Part shown: positions 48,036-58,570 of the stretch, one piece after another
How the letters are laid out: every line of letters begins with the position of its first letter
Position numbering within the stretch: position 1 is the stretch's first letter
Source: Neovahlkampfia damariscottae
Lineage: Eukaryota
DNA: 59,341 bases
Assembly (NCBI GenBank): GCA_016618085.1
Contig: JABLTG010000038.1
Location: 62,001-121,341 of the forward strand
Direction of reading: 5' to 3'
Made by a program: the position numbers and the translations under genes
The notes under the pieces: model-generated
The model's database searches: none
Told to the model about the DNA's origin: nothing
The model's input: the letters and a program-made list of their open reading frames with translations, nothing else

Positions 48036-51000
48036 ATGGAGGAAACGTTACTCATTGACAAGTTTGACAAAACTAAAGATGTTATTTTTCAGTCTGCTTC
48101 CACTATCATTTATAAAACGATGGACTTGAACACAAACAAAAAAGTGCTGGTAAAACATCCATTCAAAAAATTTCCGTCACCTTCGCTTGTTGAAAACTTT
48201 AGAAAAGAGTACCAGTTTGGAAAGGCACTTTATGAACTATTTCCAGAAAACTTTGTCAACGTAATTGAACTCATCGAAACCTCTGGTACCGTAGCGCTTG
48301 TACAAGAACCAGAAGGAGCTTCTCTTGCAGAAATTATCACAACCAAAGGAAAATTTAAACTTGAAGAGTTCTTAGAATACTCAATTTCTATCACAGATTC
48401 ACTTGCTAAGCTTCATTCCAACAATATGATCCATCAAGATATTAAGCCAGCAAATATCGTTTTAGGAGAAAATGGAAAATTAAAAATCATTGATTTGGGT
48501 ATCACTGTTATTGTATCAAGAAAATCACCTTCAATATCAACCAATTCACCAGTCGGAACATTTTTATACATGAGTCCTGAACAAACTGGAAGAATTTCAA
48601 AGAACATTGATTTTAGAAGTGATATTTATTCATTAGGAATTACATTTTATGAAATGTTAACAGGATTTGTTCCATTTAATGGAGACAAGATTAGTTTAGT
48701 TCATTCACATATTACTAAAAAGCTACCAATTATCGAAAATATACCAAATCAAATTAATGACATTTTACAAAAGATGTGTTCAAAAAATCAAAATGAACGA
48801 TACTTCACATCTTCTGGATTACTTAAAGATTTGCAATTTTGTTTAGAAAATATTTCAAAAATCAATGAAATTCAATTTGAATGTGGGAAAGACGAATTAG
48901 ATCAATTTCACATTCCAAATAAATTATATGGAAGAGATGAAGAATTGACTCTTTTGAGAAGCTTTATTGAATCCAATACATCAAATATGTGCTGTATATC
49001 TGGTTATTCTGGATGCGGGAAATCAAAACTTATTTCTGAAATCACTAAAGACCCAAAAAATAATGTTTTAATGGCAGGCGGTAAATTTGATCAATTTGAT
49101 AGATCAACTCCTTATTCAGCTTTTATTTCAATTTGCAAATCAATGCTATTTCAAATTATGGAAGATGAAGAATTCAAAACGAAAGTTACAAATCTATTAG
49201 AAATTTCACTTGTTGATGAATTTGGATCGATTATGAATTCAATGATACCTGAAATACAATTATTTATCGGAGAACAAAAAAGTGAAATTCCAATTCTTTC
49301 AAAAACAGAAGAAGTTCAAAAAAGACTTTTCAATGCATTCATCAAATTTTTTAATTGTTTCACTCAAAACAAACAATTAGTACTTTTTATTGATGATTTA
49401 CAATGGTCAGATTCTGCTAGTTTTCAACTTATTGAACATATTTTAACATTAAAAAAATGCAAAATTTTTATCATTGGAGCCTATAGAGATAATGAAATTG
49501 ATTCCAATCATCCATTAACTCAAATATTACAACAAAACAAAAATATCCAAGAAATCAATTTGAAACCATTAAAAATTGAATATTTGAATGAAATGATATC
49601 CGACACTTTATTATTAAAAAGTGAAGAAACTTTATCGCTTGGTGAATTAATTCATAAAAAAACACTGGGAAATCCATTTTTTTCCAGAGAATTTCTTATT
49701 ACTTTATATGAAGAAAATTTAATTTACTTTGATGGAAAATGGAAATGGGATTTACAAAAAGTACAAAACATGAATTTTAGTTCAAATGTGATTGATTTTA
49801 TGATTCAAAACTTGAAAAAAGAATCAAAAGAAATGCAAAAAATTTTAACTTGTGCATCTTGTCTTGGGAATACATTCACAGTTCCAGAATTATCTTTGAT
49901 TTGGGATGATAAAAAAGATTTGGTGACATTACTTTTGGAACCTTCTAGAAATGGTTGGATTTATCAAATCAGTTCACAAGAATATAAATTCTTTCATGAC
50001 AGACTTCAACAAGCATCATATGAATTATTCAGTGAAGAAGAAAGAAAGAAATCACATTTAACAATTGGAAAAGCACTGTTAAAATCATCCATTGAAAAAA
50101 ATGATTTAAATGATAAAATATTCAAAATTGTGAATCATTTGAATATCGTTAAAGATGTTTATGAAGACAAGAACGAATTGTTGAAATTGAATGTTATGGC
50201 AGCGAATAAATGTCAACAAAATAGTGCCATCAAAGCAGCACATGAATATTCAAGTATTGCAATGAATTTATTGTCAGAAGATCATTGGAAGAATAATTAT
50301 GATAACGCATTTCTTGCTTATTCATCACATGCAGATTCATGTTTTGGTGTTGTTGATCATGAAAGTTCAACCAAAACATTTCAAAGTATTCTTGAACATG
50401 TTACCCACAGAATTCAAAAACTAAAAACATATTCAAATTTTATGAAGGTTACTTTGGCTTCATTTCAATTCGATCTTGGTTTTGACAACTTATTGTCAGT
50501 TTTGAGTATGTTTGAAGAAACAAAAGAAATTCCAGAAAATTATCAAAATCCAGATCTGTCAAACAAATGGCTATTTCAATTGAAAAGCAATATTGATGAT
50601 CAAGTTGATCTGTATGGAGGGGTTTCTCAAATATTTGACAAAATGAAATATTGTGACGATGAAGAAATGATTCTTCTTCAAAAAATTTTAGCTGAAACAT
50701 CTGACTTGGTTATATTGTGTGAAAAAGCTACTCCTACATTTGTACTCACTTGTCCTTTGGTTGCTCTTTATCTTTCTTTGAAGAATGGATTCACTGAAAA
50801 TGCTCTTTCTGGATTTTCATTTGGTGCTGTTTATTTGTCAACATTCTTTCGAGATCCAAAAGGAAGGGAAATGTATTTCTTGGTCGAAAAATTGAAACAA
50901 ATTATGAAAAACTATCAAGTGTCTATTGTTGAATTCTCTCAAGCTGCTAATTGTCAATTTGCTGGAAACGTAAAAGGAAACATTCAACATTGTGAAGCAG

Positions 51001-53441
51001 CACTCAAATATTCAATGTCACATTCAGAATACATCTATTGTGGTTACGCCATGTTTTACAGTTGTGTTAATAGTTCATTTTCAGGAATGCATGCTCAAAC
51101 AGTCATCTCAAAAGCTAAGAATTATCAAAGCGTAATTATTCTATTCATTAACTTCTTTTAGTATATCTTAGCAACAGGGAATATGTATGGACATGGTTAT
51201 TTTGAAAGTGTGATAAACTTCACTGAAGATATTTCAGGTTTGAAAGCATTTTCACCTCAATACAAAATTCCAAATTGGGTAACATTGAAAGGATGTGCTC
51301 CTACCTACGATTCCTACAAAGGAATACTGGAATATTATGCATGTGACTATGATTCAGCAATGTCATTCTTTGATTCAGCTGAAAAAAGAATATCAGATGT
51401 ATTTGGATTTCCATTTTACTATGAATGTCAAATGTATCAATTATTAACATGGACTGAAGTTTATTCTCAAAAGAAAGATAATGAATTGAAAGAAAGAATT
51501 GAAACAAGATTGAAAGATTTTAAAGAATTAGGTAAACTTGGACCGTTTTATTTTCAACCTCGTTATGAAATTATGTGTCACGCATATGCTTCATCAAAAG
51601 ATGATTCAGATACAATTTCACTAATCAAATCATTTGAAGAAACTATAAAAGCATGCCAAAAGTATTATTTGATTCTTCCATCAGCAGTTGCAGCTACTAT
51701 TCTTTTGAGACATTTAGTCAAAAAGAAATTTCCTTCGTCTGTTTGTCAAATGTATTTCAACAATATTGTTGAAACATATGATAATATTCAAGCCAAAGGA
51801 ATGATAACTTATCTTTTAAAAGAATTCCCATCATTTTCTATTCGAAGATCATCAAGTTCTGGGTTATCAAGCACCACAACCATTTCAATGACAACTACAT
51901 CAACAACATCACTAGGATCCAATGATGAATCACTTGATATGATGAGCATCATTAAAGCATCACAAGCGTTATCTGTTGAATTATCATTATCCAATTTGAT
52001 CACTCAAGTCATGCAAATCATTCTTGAAAATGTAGGAGCTGAAAGAGGTATTTTAATGATGTACAGCAAAAATGAATTACTGGTGAAAGCCATTGCTGAT
52101 GAAAATAATGTCAAATTATCCAATCATTCAATATCAAAATCAAAAGATGAAATTTGTTCATCTTTGATTGATATCGTGAGAGCAACAAAAAAAGAAATTA
52201 TTTTGGACAATGCCAAACAATCATCATATTCAAAGAATTCATATATTGAAAAAAATGAAACCAAGTCAGTTTTTGTTCATCCAATAATCAAAGGAAATAA
52301 TTTAATGGGAATTATTTATCTTGAAAATAATACGATTGAAGGAACATTTAATATGAATAGAAAAATAGTACTTGGCCATATTAGTTCTCAATTGGCTATT
52401 TCATATGAAAATGCTACACTTTATGAAGACTTGAATTTATTGAACAAATCTTATGAAAGATTCCTTCCAACAGAATTTTTAAATCAATTAGGAAAAGGTG
52501 ATGTTACAAAAATTAAAAAAGGAGATGCGACAACAAAGAATATGTCTATTTTATTTTCTGATATTCGTGGATTTACAAATTTAACAGAAAAAATGGATTC
52601 ATCAGAATCATTTTCATTTGTTAATGATATTCTATCTTATTTATCCCCAATCATTTCAAAGAATAATGGTTTTATTGATAAATTTTTAGGAGATTGTATT
52701 ATGGCATTATTTCCATACAAAGTAGATGACGCTGTAAAATGTGGATTAGAAATGGTTCAAGCGTTGAATATTTACAATAAAACAAAACGAAATGGATTAG
52801 AAGCAGTTAAAATGGGAATTGGAATCAATTATGGAAGTTTGATGATTGGAACACTTGGAGCTGAAGAACGTCTTGATGGAACTGTCATTTCTGATGCAGT
52901 AAATACGGCATCAAGAGTTGAAAGCTTAACTAAAACATTAGGTGCCAATATGGTCGTCACCCAAGAAGTCATTGATAATCTCCACATTAAATTCAAAAAC
53001 TTTTGTATTGGAACTTATTTATTAAAAGGAAAAGAAAATCCAATGACATTATATCGTATTATAGATTCAAATTCAAAAGAAAATATTGATCAATTTAATT
53101 TGGGATTGGTTGAATTTAATTCTCAAAATTTTAAAAAAGCTAAAATGATTTTTTCAAATCTTTCTGATTCAACTTCAAAATATCTTTTTAATGTTTGTGA
53201 TATTTATGAAGGACACGTGTTTCCAGATGATTGGTCTGGTGTCATTCAAATCGATAAAGATGGAAATCCTGAAAAATCTGAAAGGATCACAATCACAGAA
53301 AAGAAAGTGAGTCTATTGAAGAAAGAAGAAAAAAATGATTTATTTGAATATTTAACTGCTTCAAAGAAAGATGAGATTTTAAGTTTGATTGCCTCAAAAT
53401 ATTCTAATGAAATCAATGAATACTTGAACAACAAGAAATAA
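48036..53441 (+). CDS. Ser/Thr kinase - P-loop NTPase - helical repeats - GAF - class III adenylyl cyclase
   Basis: HQDIKPAN, DLG, GTFLYMSPEQTGR; GYSGCGKS, FIDDLQWSD, GNPFF, FFHDRLQQA; GAF (GIIYLENN...QLAISYENA); FSDIRGFT, DKFLGD, TVISDAVNTASRVE; intron 51132-51160. Confidence 0.93.
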
Positions 53442-53493
53442 ACATTTTACTATTTATTTGTTTTAGAAACCAATCAAATCTATTCACACATTG

Positions 53494-54117
53494 ATGAGAA
53501 GAATACTCACCAAACCAAAGAAATTAATTAAACTATACAATACCATAAATGAATTTGAATCATCAAAACTATTCTATGAATCAAATTCTAATTTTCAAAA
53601 AGGTAATTTAGAAGAAGCAATATTTCTTTCAAAAAAAGCAATTTCACTTTGTGACAAAAAATCAAAATTTTCTGAAAATTTATATCAGTTTTTATCTTTT
53701 TTATATACAAATAAAAATGATTTAAATAATAGTTTAATCATATCTAATGAAGGATTAAAACATTTTCCAAATTCTATTCAAATCAAAATTATCCAAGGAA
53801 ATGTTTTTTTCAGAATGAAACATTATCAAACAGCATTAAGAGTATTTGAATCTATCGAAGAACTTGATTCCGAAACTAAATCTCTTCAATTTATGTTTGG
53901 AATGATTTATTTTCATTTGAAGAAATACGCAAAATCTATTGATGCCTTTTTGAAGTCATTAGAAGTAGAGCCTTTTGAACAGAATTTATTATGTAATTTT
54001 TATTTGAGTCAGTGTTATTTTGCAATTGGTGACAAGAAAACAGCTGAAAAATATTTGAACATTGCAAAAAGTATTGATTCTGAAATGGTTTCAAAAATTT
54101 TAAAAGAAAATCAATAA
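53494..54117 (+). CDS. TPR-repeat protein
   Basis: Repeated TPR motifs (GMIYFHLKKYAKSIDAFLKSLEVEP; YLSQCYFAIGD...A). Confidence 0.8.
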   Translation: MRRILTKPKKLIKLYNTINEFESSKLFYESNSNFQKGNLEEAIFLSKKAISLCDKKSKFSENLYQFLSFLYTNKNDLNNSLIISNEGLKHFPNSIQIKIIQGNVFFRMKHYQTALRVFESIEELDSETKSLQFMFGMIYFHLKKYAKSIDAFLKSLEVEPFEQNLLCNFYLSQCYFAIGDKKTAEKYLNIAKSIDSEMVSKILKENQ

Positions 54118-54361
54118 AATATTTGTTCTTTTCAGTTTTTCAATGTTAGTACGAAGAAAGAAATACTGATTTGTTGTTCAATCACCTTTTGTTTTTTTCT
54201 ATTCTCCAAAATTGAATTCTGGATGAGAATTTAGGAGTGGAATATTCATATTGATATTCCAATATTGTTTTTTTCCAAAAGTGATAATCTGATGAATGTT
54301 AAATGGTGTTGAAAAAAAAGAAAACTTTTTGATTGGTTAAACATTTAACGTTGTCATAAAA

Positions 54362-56641
54362 ATGTTAGTTGAAGTTGATGATGATGATTTTACAACAATT
54401 CTCACAGGAACAACGCCAAATGAAAAATTAGAACAAAAAGAAAAACCAGAAAAAAAAGAAAAAAAAAAAAGTTTCTTTGCAAAAAAAAAACTTTCGTTTG
54501 TGAAACAAAACCCACCTGTAACCGAAGCATCAGTAACAAAAGAACCAAAAGAGGAACAAGAAAAGGAAACATCACCATTCATGTCAGCTCCAGTTGAAAA
54601 ATTTCCACAAACAAATCTATCAGCTTCAGAAAAAAAACCTCTACCAACACCACCTCCAAAAACGACTGTAAAAAAAAACGAATTAACTAAAAGTAATAAA
54701 CCTCCTGCTCCTTCAAAACCAAAACCGGAACGTGGAAACAAACCACCACCACCAAAAAAACCAAAACCACAAAGAAAACCAACGATTAAAAACATAAATA
54801 CTCAAGAAAAAGCAAGTAAATTTGAAGATGCTCCTGATCTGTTTGAAGAAGAAAAAAAAATCTTACCTCCAAAAACGGAAACTACATTAAAACAACCACA
54901 AAGAAGACAATCAGAAGGCGTCATCAAAGAAGGAGAAGATGTTTTATTTTTTAGTATTCTTTCAAAATCAGGAACGGATTTAGTTGAACCAAAAACTCAA
55001 AATAATGAACAAAATGTTAAACATGAAAAACAAGAACCTTCTCCATTAATTCAAACCACATCTTCAAAAAAATTTGAATCACCAGGAACACCTAAATCAG
55101 CACAAACACCAAAATCTTCAAAATTTGCAAACGCTGATACTATAATTATTCAACCTGAAGAGTTGAAAAAAAAACCATCTGTTTGGGAAATGAAAGATTC
55201 AGAAATCAATCCAGATGAAGTTGAAATTTCAGGACCAATGGACTTTAAACATCTTGTTCATGTTTCAGCTGGAACAGATTCAGAAGGTATATCAAAATTG
55301 CAAAATCAAGTGAATGAAGAAAAAGATGTATTACTTCCAAATAAATCAAAACCTGACACAAAAAAACAATTACCAACACCAAAACAACCAGTACAGACAC
55401 CAGTCAAACCTATATCAGTTATTCCTTCTGTAAAACCGGTCAAATTGAACATATCAGAACCTACTAATGTAACACATGATATGCATGCTGGTTTAGACAC
55501 CAATAATGCAATTGGACTATCTGGTTTACCAAAGGAATGGGAAGAAATATGGTTGAAAAATCTAGAAGACGAAAGAACAAAATTGATGGAGCAAAAAGAA
55601 AATGAAAGAAACAAAGGAAAATTCAAATTTGAATATAATGTCTTAATTCTTGGTTCCAGTGAATCTGGTAAATCAACCATTTTAAATCATATTAGAATGT
55701 GTTCAGGTATTTCTGATAAACTAAATGGAAGAATTTTCTATTCAAACCCAAAAGATGATTTGACATTTGAAGGAAAAGAGTTGTTGGTTTACAAAAGATT
55801 CATTGATGAAAATGTTTTTAATACAACTGTAGCATGTTTAAAAGTTATCAAAGAAAATGGATCAGAATTTATCTACCCTGATAATGCAGTTTTTGCTGAG
55901 AAATTATTGGTGGAAAAATTTTCACTTTTTGATGATGGTTCATTCACAGAAAAATTAGTCAAATCTTTATCTTTGATTTGGAAAGAACCAATAATGAAAG
56001 AAACATTATTTAATTCACAAGATGTTGATTTCTGTATTTCAGATGGTGTCAAATTTCTCGTTCAACCTGAAAATATCTTAAGATATTCATCAAGACATCC
56101 TGAATTAATTCAAGAAGATGTCCTCCATGTTTATAGAAAAACCAATGTTCTTTCAAGAACTAAATTTGAATTTGATGATTCAACCATACAATTCTTTGAT
56201 GTTGATGGAAAAGTTTTCAATCAAATTTCAAAATCAGAAAAGTTGATTTCAAAGTCAAACGGTAAATTAGTGATTTATGTAATTTCACTTTCCGAGTATA
56301 ATCAAGCATCAACATCAAATGAAAAAAAAACTAAATTTCAAGATTCACTCGCTTTATTTGAAAAATTAACGACAATGAAATGTTTACAAGATATTCCTTG
56401 GTTGATTATTTTCAACAAATCAGATATGTTCCAAGAAAAAATTGATCGATTTGGATTGAAATTTTATTTTAATGATTTTGATGAAGATATTGAAAAACCG
56501 ATTGAATATATTACTAGACAATATTTATCAAAAGTAAAACATTTAGATCATGAATACGATATTATTTCAGCATTTGAACAAAATTCAATTGTCAAAGTGA
56601 TCAAGAGAATGGAAGAAAAATTAAAATTGGATTCTTTTTAA
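54362..56641 (+). CDS. Pro/Lys-rich - 2x CRIB(PBD) - divergent G-alpha fusion protein (intronless)
   Basis: EISGPMDFKHLVHV and NISEPTNVTHDMHAG...GLPKEW CRIB motifs; GSSESGKST, YRKTNV, DVDGK, FNKSD, SAF G-alpha motifs. Confidence 0.87.
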   Translation: MLVEVDDDDFTTILTGTTPNEKLEQKEKPEKKEKKKSFFAKKKLSFVKQNPPVTEASVTKEPKEEQEKETSPFMSAPVEKFPQTNLSASEKKPLPTPPPKTTVKKNELTKSNKPPAPSKPKPERGNKPPPPKKPKPQRKPTIKNINTQEKASKFEDAPDLFEEEKKILPPKTETTLKQPQRRQSEGVIKEGEDVLFFSILSKSGTDLVEPKTQNNEQNVKHEKQEPSPLIQTTSSKKFESPGTPKSAQTPKSSKFANADTIIIQPEELKKKPSVWEMKDSEINPDEVEISGPMDFKHLVHVSAGTDSEGISKLQNQVNEEKDVLLPNKSKPDTKKQLPTPKQPVQTPVKPISVIPSVKPVKLNISEPTNVTHDMHAGLDTNNAIGLSGLPKEWEEIWLKNLEDERTKLMEQKENERNKGKFKFEYNVLILGSSESGKSTILNHIRMCSGISDKLNGRIFYSNPKDDLTFEGKELLVYKRFIDENVFNTTVACLKVIKENGSEFIYPDNAVFAEKLLVEKFSLFDDGSFTEKLVKSLSLIWKEPIMKETLFNSQDVDFCISDGVKFLVQPENILRYSSRHPELIQEDVLHVYRKTNVLSRTKFEFDDSTIQFFDVDGKVFNQISKSEKLISKSNGKLVIYVISLSEYNQASTSNEKKTKFQDSLALFEKLTTMKCLQDIPWLIIFNKSDMFQEKIDRFGLKFYFNDFDEDIEKPIEYITRQYLSKVKHLDHEYDIISAFEQNSIVKVIKRMEEKLKLDSF

Positions 56642-56813
56642 ATTTCAACTGTTTGAACGTAAAATAAATTATTATTTTTTATCCAATCATCTTCACTTCG
56701 TTTTTTGTTGTGTTATTGGTGCACCTTTTAATATTTCAATAAGACTCCTATGTAATTAGTCACGTTATAGGAATAAACCATGGTTTTCAACTTGAAGTAT
56801 AGCATTTCAACTG

Positions 56814-56935
56814 ACTAAGTCGTGTTTTTCCTACTAACAGGACTTTATTCCAACCAAGTGGTGTTACTCCAACTGAGTCATGTTATTCCTACTAAGTAAT
56901 ATTTCAACTAAATGAGTCACATTACTTTTACTGAG
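56814..56935 (+). repeat. Subterminal ~19-nt tandem repeats in the left TIR (mirrored at ~57745-57872)
   Basis: actaagtcgtgtttttcct / accaagtggtgttactcca / actgagtcatgttattcct and similar units. Confidence 0.8.
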
Positions 56936-57026
56936 GTATGGCACAGAAAATAAGTCATTTGTTTAATATTAATTTCAATTCAAAAAATTAAAAATTTTAC
57001 AAATTATTGAGTGAGTAATCTTTTTA

Positions 57027-57439
57027 TTAAATGTTTTCTTTTTTTATTTGGACATCAAAAACAATTGGGTTTCCACACCCATGACATTCATCTTCTACTA
57101 TCAATGTATTTCCTTCTAACATCCAATAACAGTTGTTACCATAGCATTTTTTACTGCAATAAATCATATCATCAGGAAATGCCCATTCTTCACCGCATTT
57201 ACATGAAAATTTGACATCATCAACCATTTTTATTTTAAACAATGAATTTACAGATTTATGACAAGCTGGGCATTCTTTCGTTTCTTTTGGTTTTTTAGTT
57301 TTAGTTTCTTTTTTAGCTTCTGTTTTTTCTTTCTCTTGTGTTTTTTCATATTTTTTCTTTTTTTTTGAAATTTCAATTGTTTCTTCTGAATTTCTTTTGA
57401 TTTTTCCCTTTTTTTTTGATCTTTCTCTTGAGTAAACAT
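57027..57439 (-). CDS. Cargo ORFs of the TIR element: Lys-rich peptide and small Cys-rich protein
   Basis: 57248-57439 basic ORF with CCAAT upstream; 57027-57242 with CKC, CSKKC, C, CHGC. Confidence 0.4.
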
Positions 57440-57945
57440 TTAATTTGATTGGTTTCGATTTGAAACTAAGCTATGAAAACAACTTTAAGTCATGTAAAAA
57501 ATAAAAATAGCACTACTTATTTATTAAAAATACTTATTAGGAAAAACATTCTTATCGTGAGACTAATTGCACAGGAGTCTTTTTGAATAAACTATCACTT
57601 TTTAGATTTTTTGAACCAACAGCATCAATTTATAAAAATGCTCAATAAATTTTTAATTTCTGGAGAAATTATGTTTCAATTGAAAGTGTCGCGTTTCATC
57701 TTGAAGTGTCCTGTTACCCATAAAAGGGCGACTTTTCTTCATTATCGTGACTTGGTAAGAGTAACACGACTTAGTTGGTTGAAACGCTACTTAGTTGGAA
57801 TAACATGACTCAGTTGGAGTAACACCACTTGGTTGGAATAAAGTCCTGTTAGTAGGAAAAACACGACTTAGTCAGTTGAAATGCTATACTTCAAGTTGAA
57901 AACCATGATTTATTCCTATAACGTGACTAATTACATAGGAGTCTT

Positions 57946-58494
57946 AATCAAACCAAATTCTATCTACAAGGTTCTTATCAAAGAATCTCGAAATTTCAAA
58001 ATAGTCTCCAGAGGAAAATTTGTCGTCAATGAATCTGAAACTGAAGGATCAACACTCAGATGAATTAGAGTTTTCTGATTTTCTGATTGAAAGATCTTTA
58101 ACACCCAAATTTTGGTTTCAGTCAATGGAACCCCATCCAAGAAACATTTATGGAAAACTAATATCCTTTTTATTAAAAAATGGAAATGTTCCATTGAACA
58201 AAGAAGAATGCTCTGAATTATCAATGTCAGAATTTGATTCAAAAAAAAATTGAGTCAACTGTTTACAGAAATGATATTACTTTTACTATTGTCGAAAATA
58301 ATAAATTCTGTCTGTCAAATTCTTTCATTGATCAATATTTCTATGAAGAGAAACCTGGAATTTACAAGTTAAGCATACAAAATTGTTTTCTCAACTACAG
58401 AAAAAAAATGGAAGAATCTCACCAGAGAAAAATGAATTTGTTGAAAGAAATTGAAACTTCCATTATGTATTTTGAACAGATAAATCACCAATAA
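57946..58494 (+). pseudogene. Disrupted coding remnant downstream of the TIR element
   Basis: Overlapping ORF pieces in shifting frames (to 58063, 58020-58253, 58234-58494). Confidence 0.35.
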
Positions 58495-58570
58495 ACAGAT
58501 GTATACTTGTCCAATAATACCAAACGACCAATGAAATCATTTTCTAAAAATAAAAACAGAAAAGAAAGAG

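Larger units (their letters stand above)
56741..57945. mobile_element. Non-autonomous TIR element (~1.2 kb) with ~159-bp TIRs
   Basis: 56740-56898 is the reverse complement of 57788-57946 with 2 mismatches; flanking AAT...AAT; no transposase. Confidence 0.92.

Noticed and set aside
54337..55680. Gly/Phe-rich minus-strand ORFs
   Set aside because: Antisense to the Pro/Lys-rich fusion gene
56814..56935. CRISPR-like array
   Set aside because: Units are contiguous degenerate 19-mers without unique spacers, mirrored in a TIR; eukaryotic context and no cas genes
57611..58063. ORFs crossing the right TIR
   Set aside because: No ATG start or recognisable domain; they are chance frames through repeat sequence
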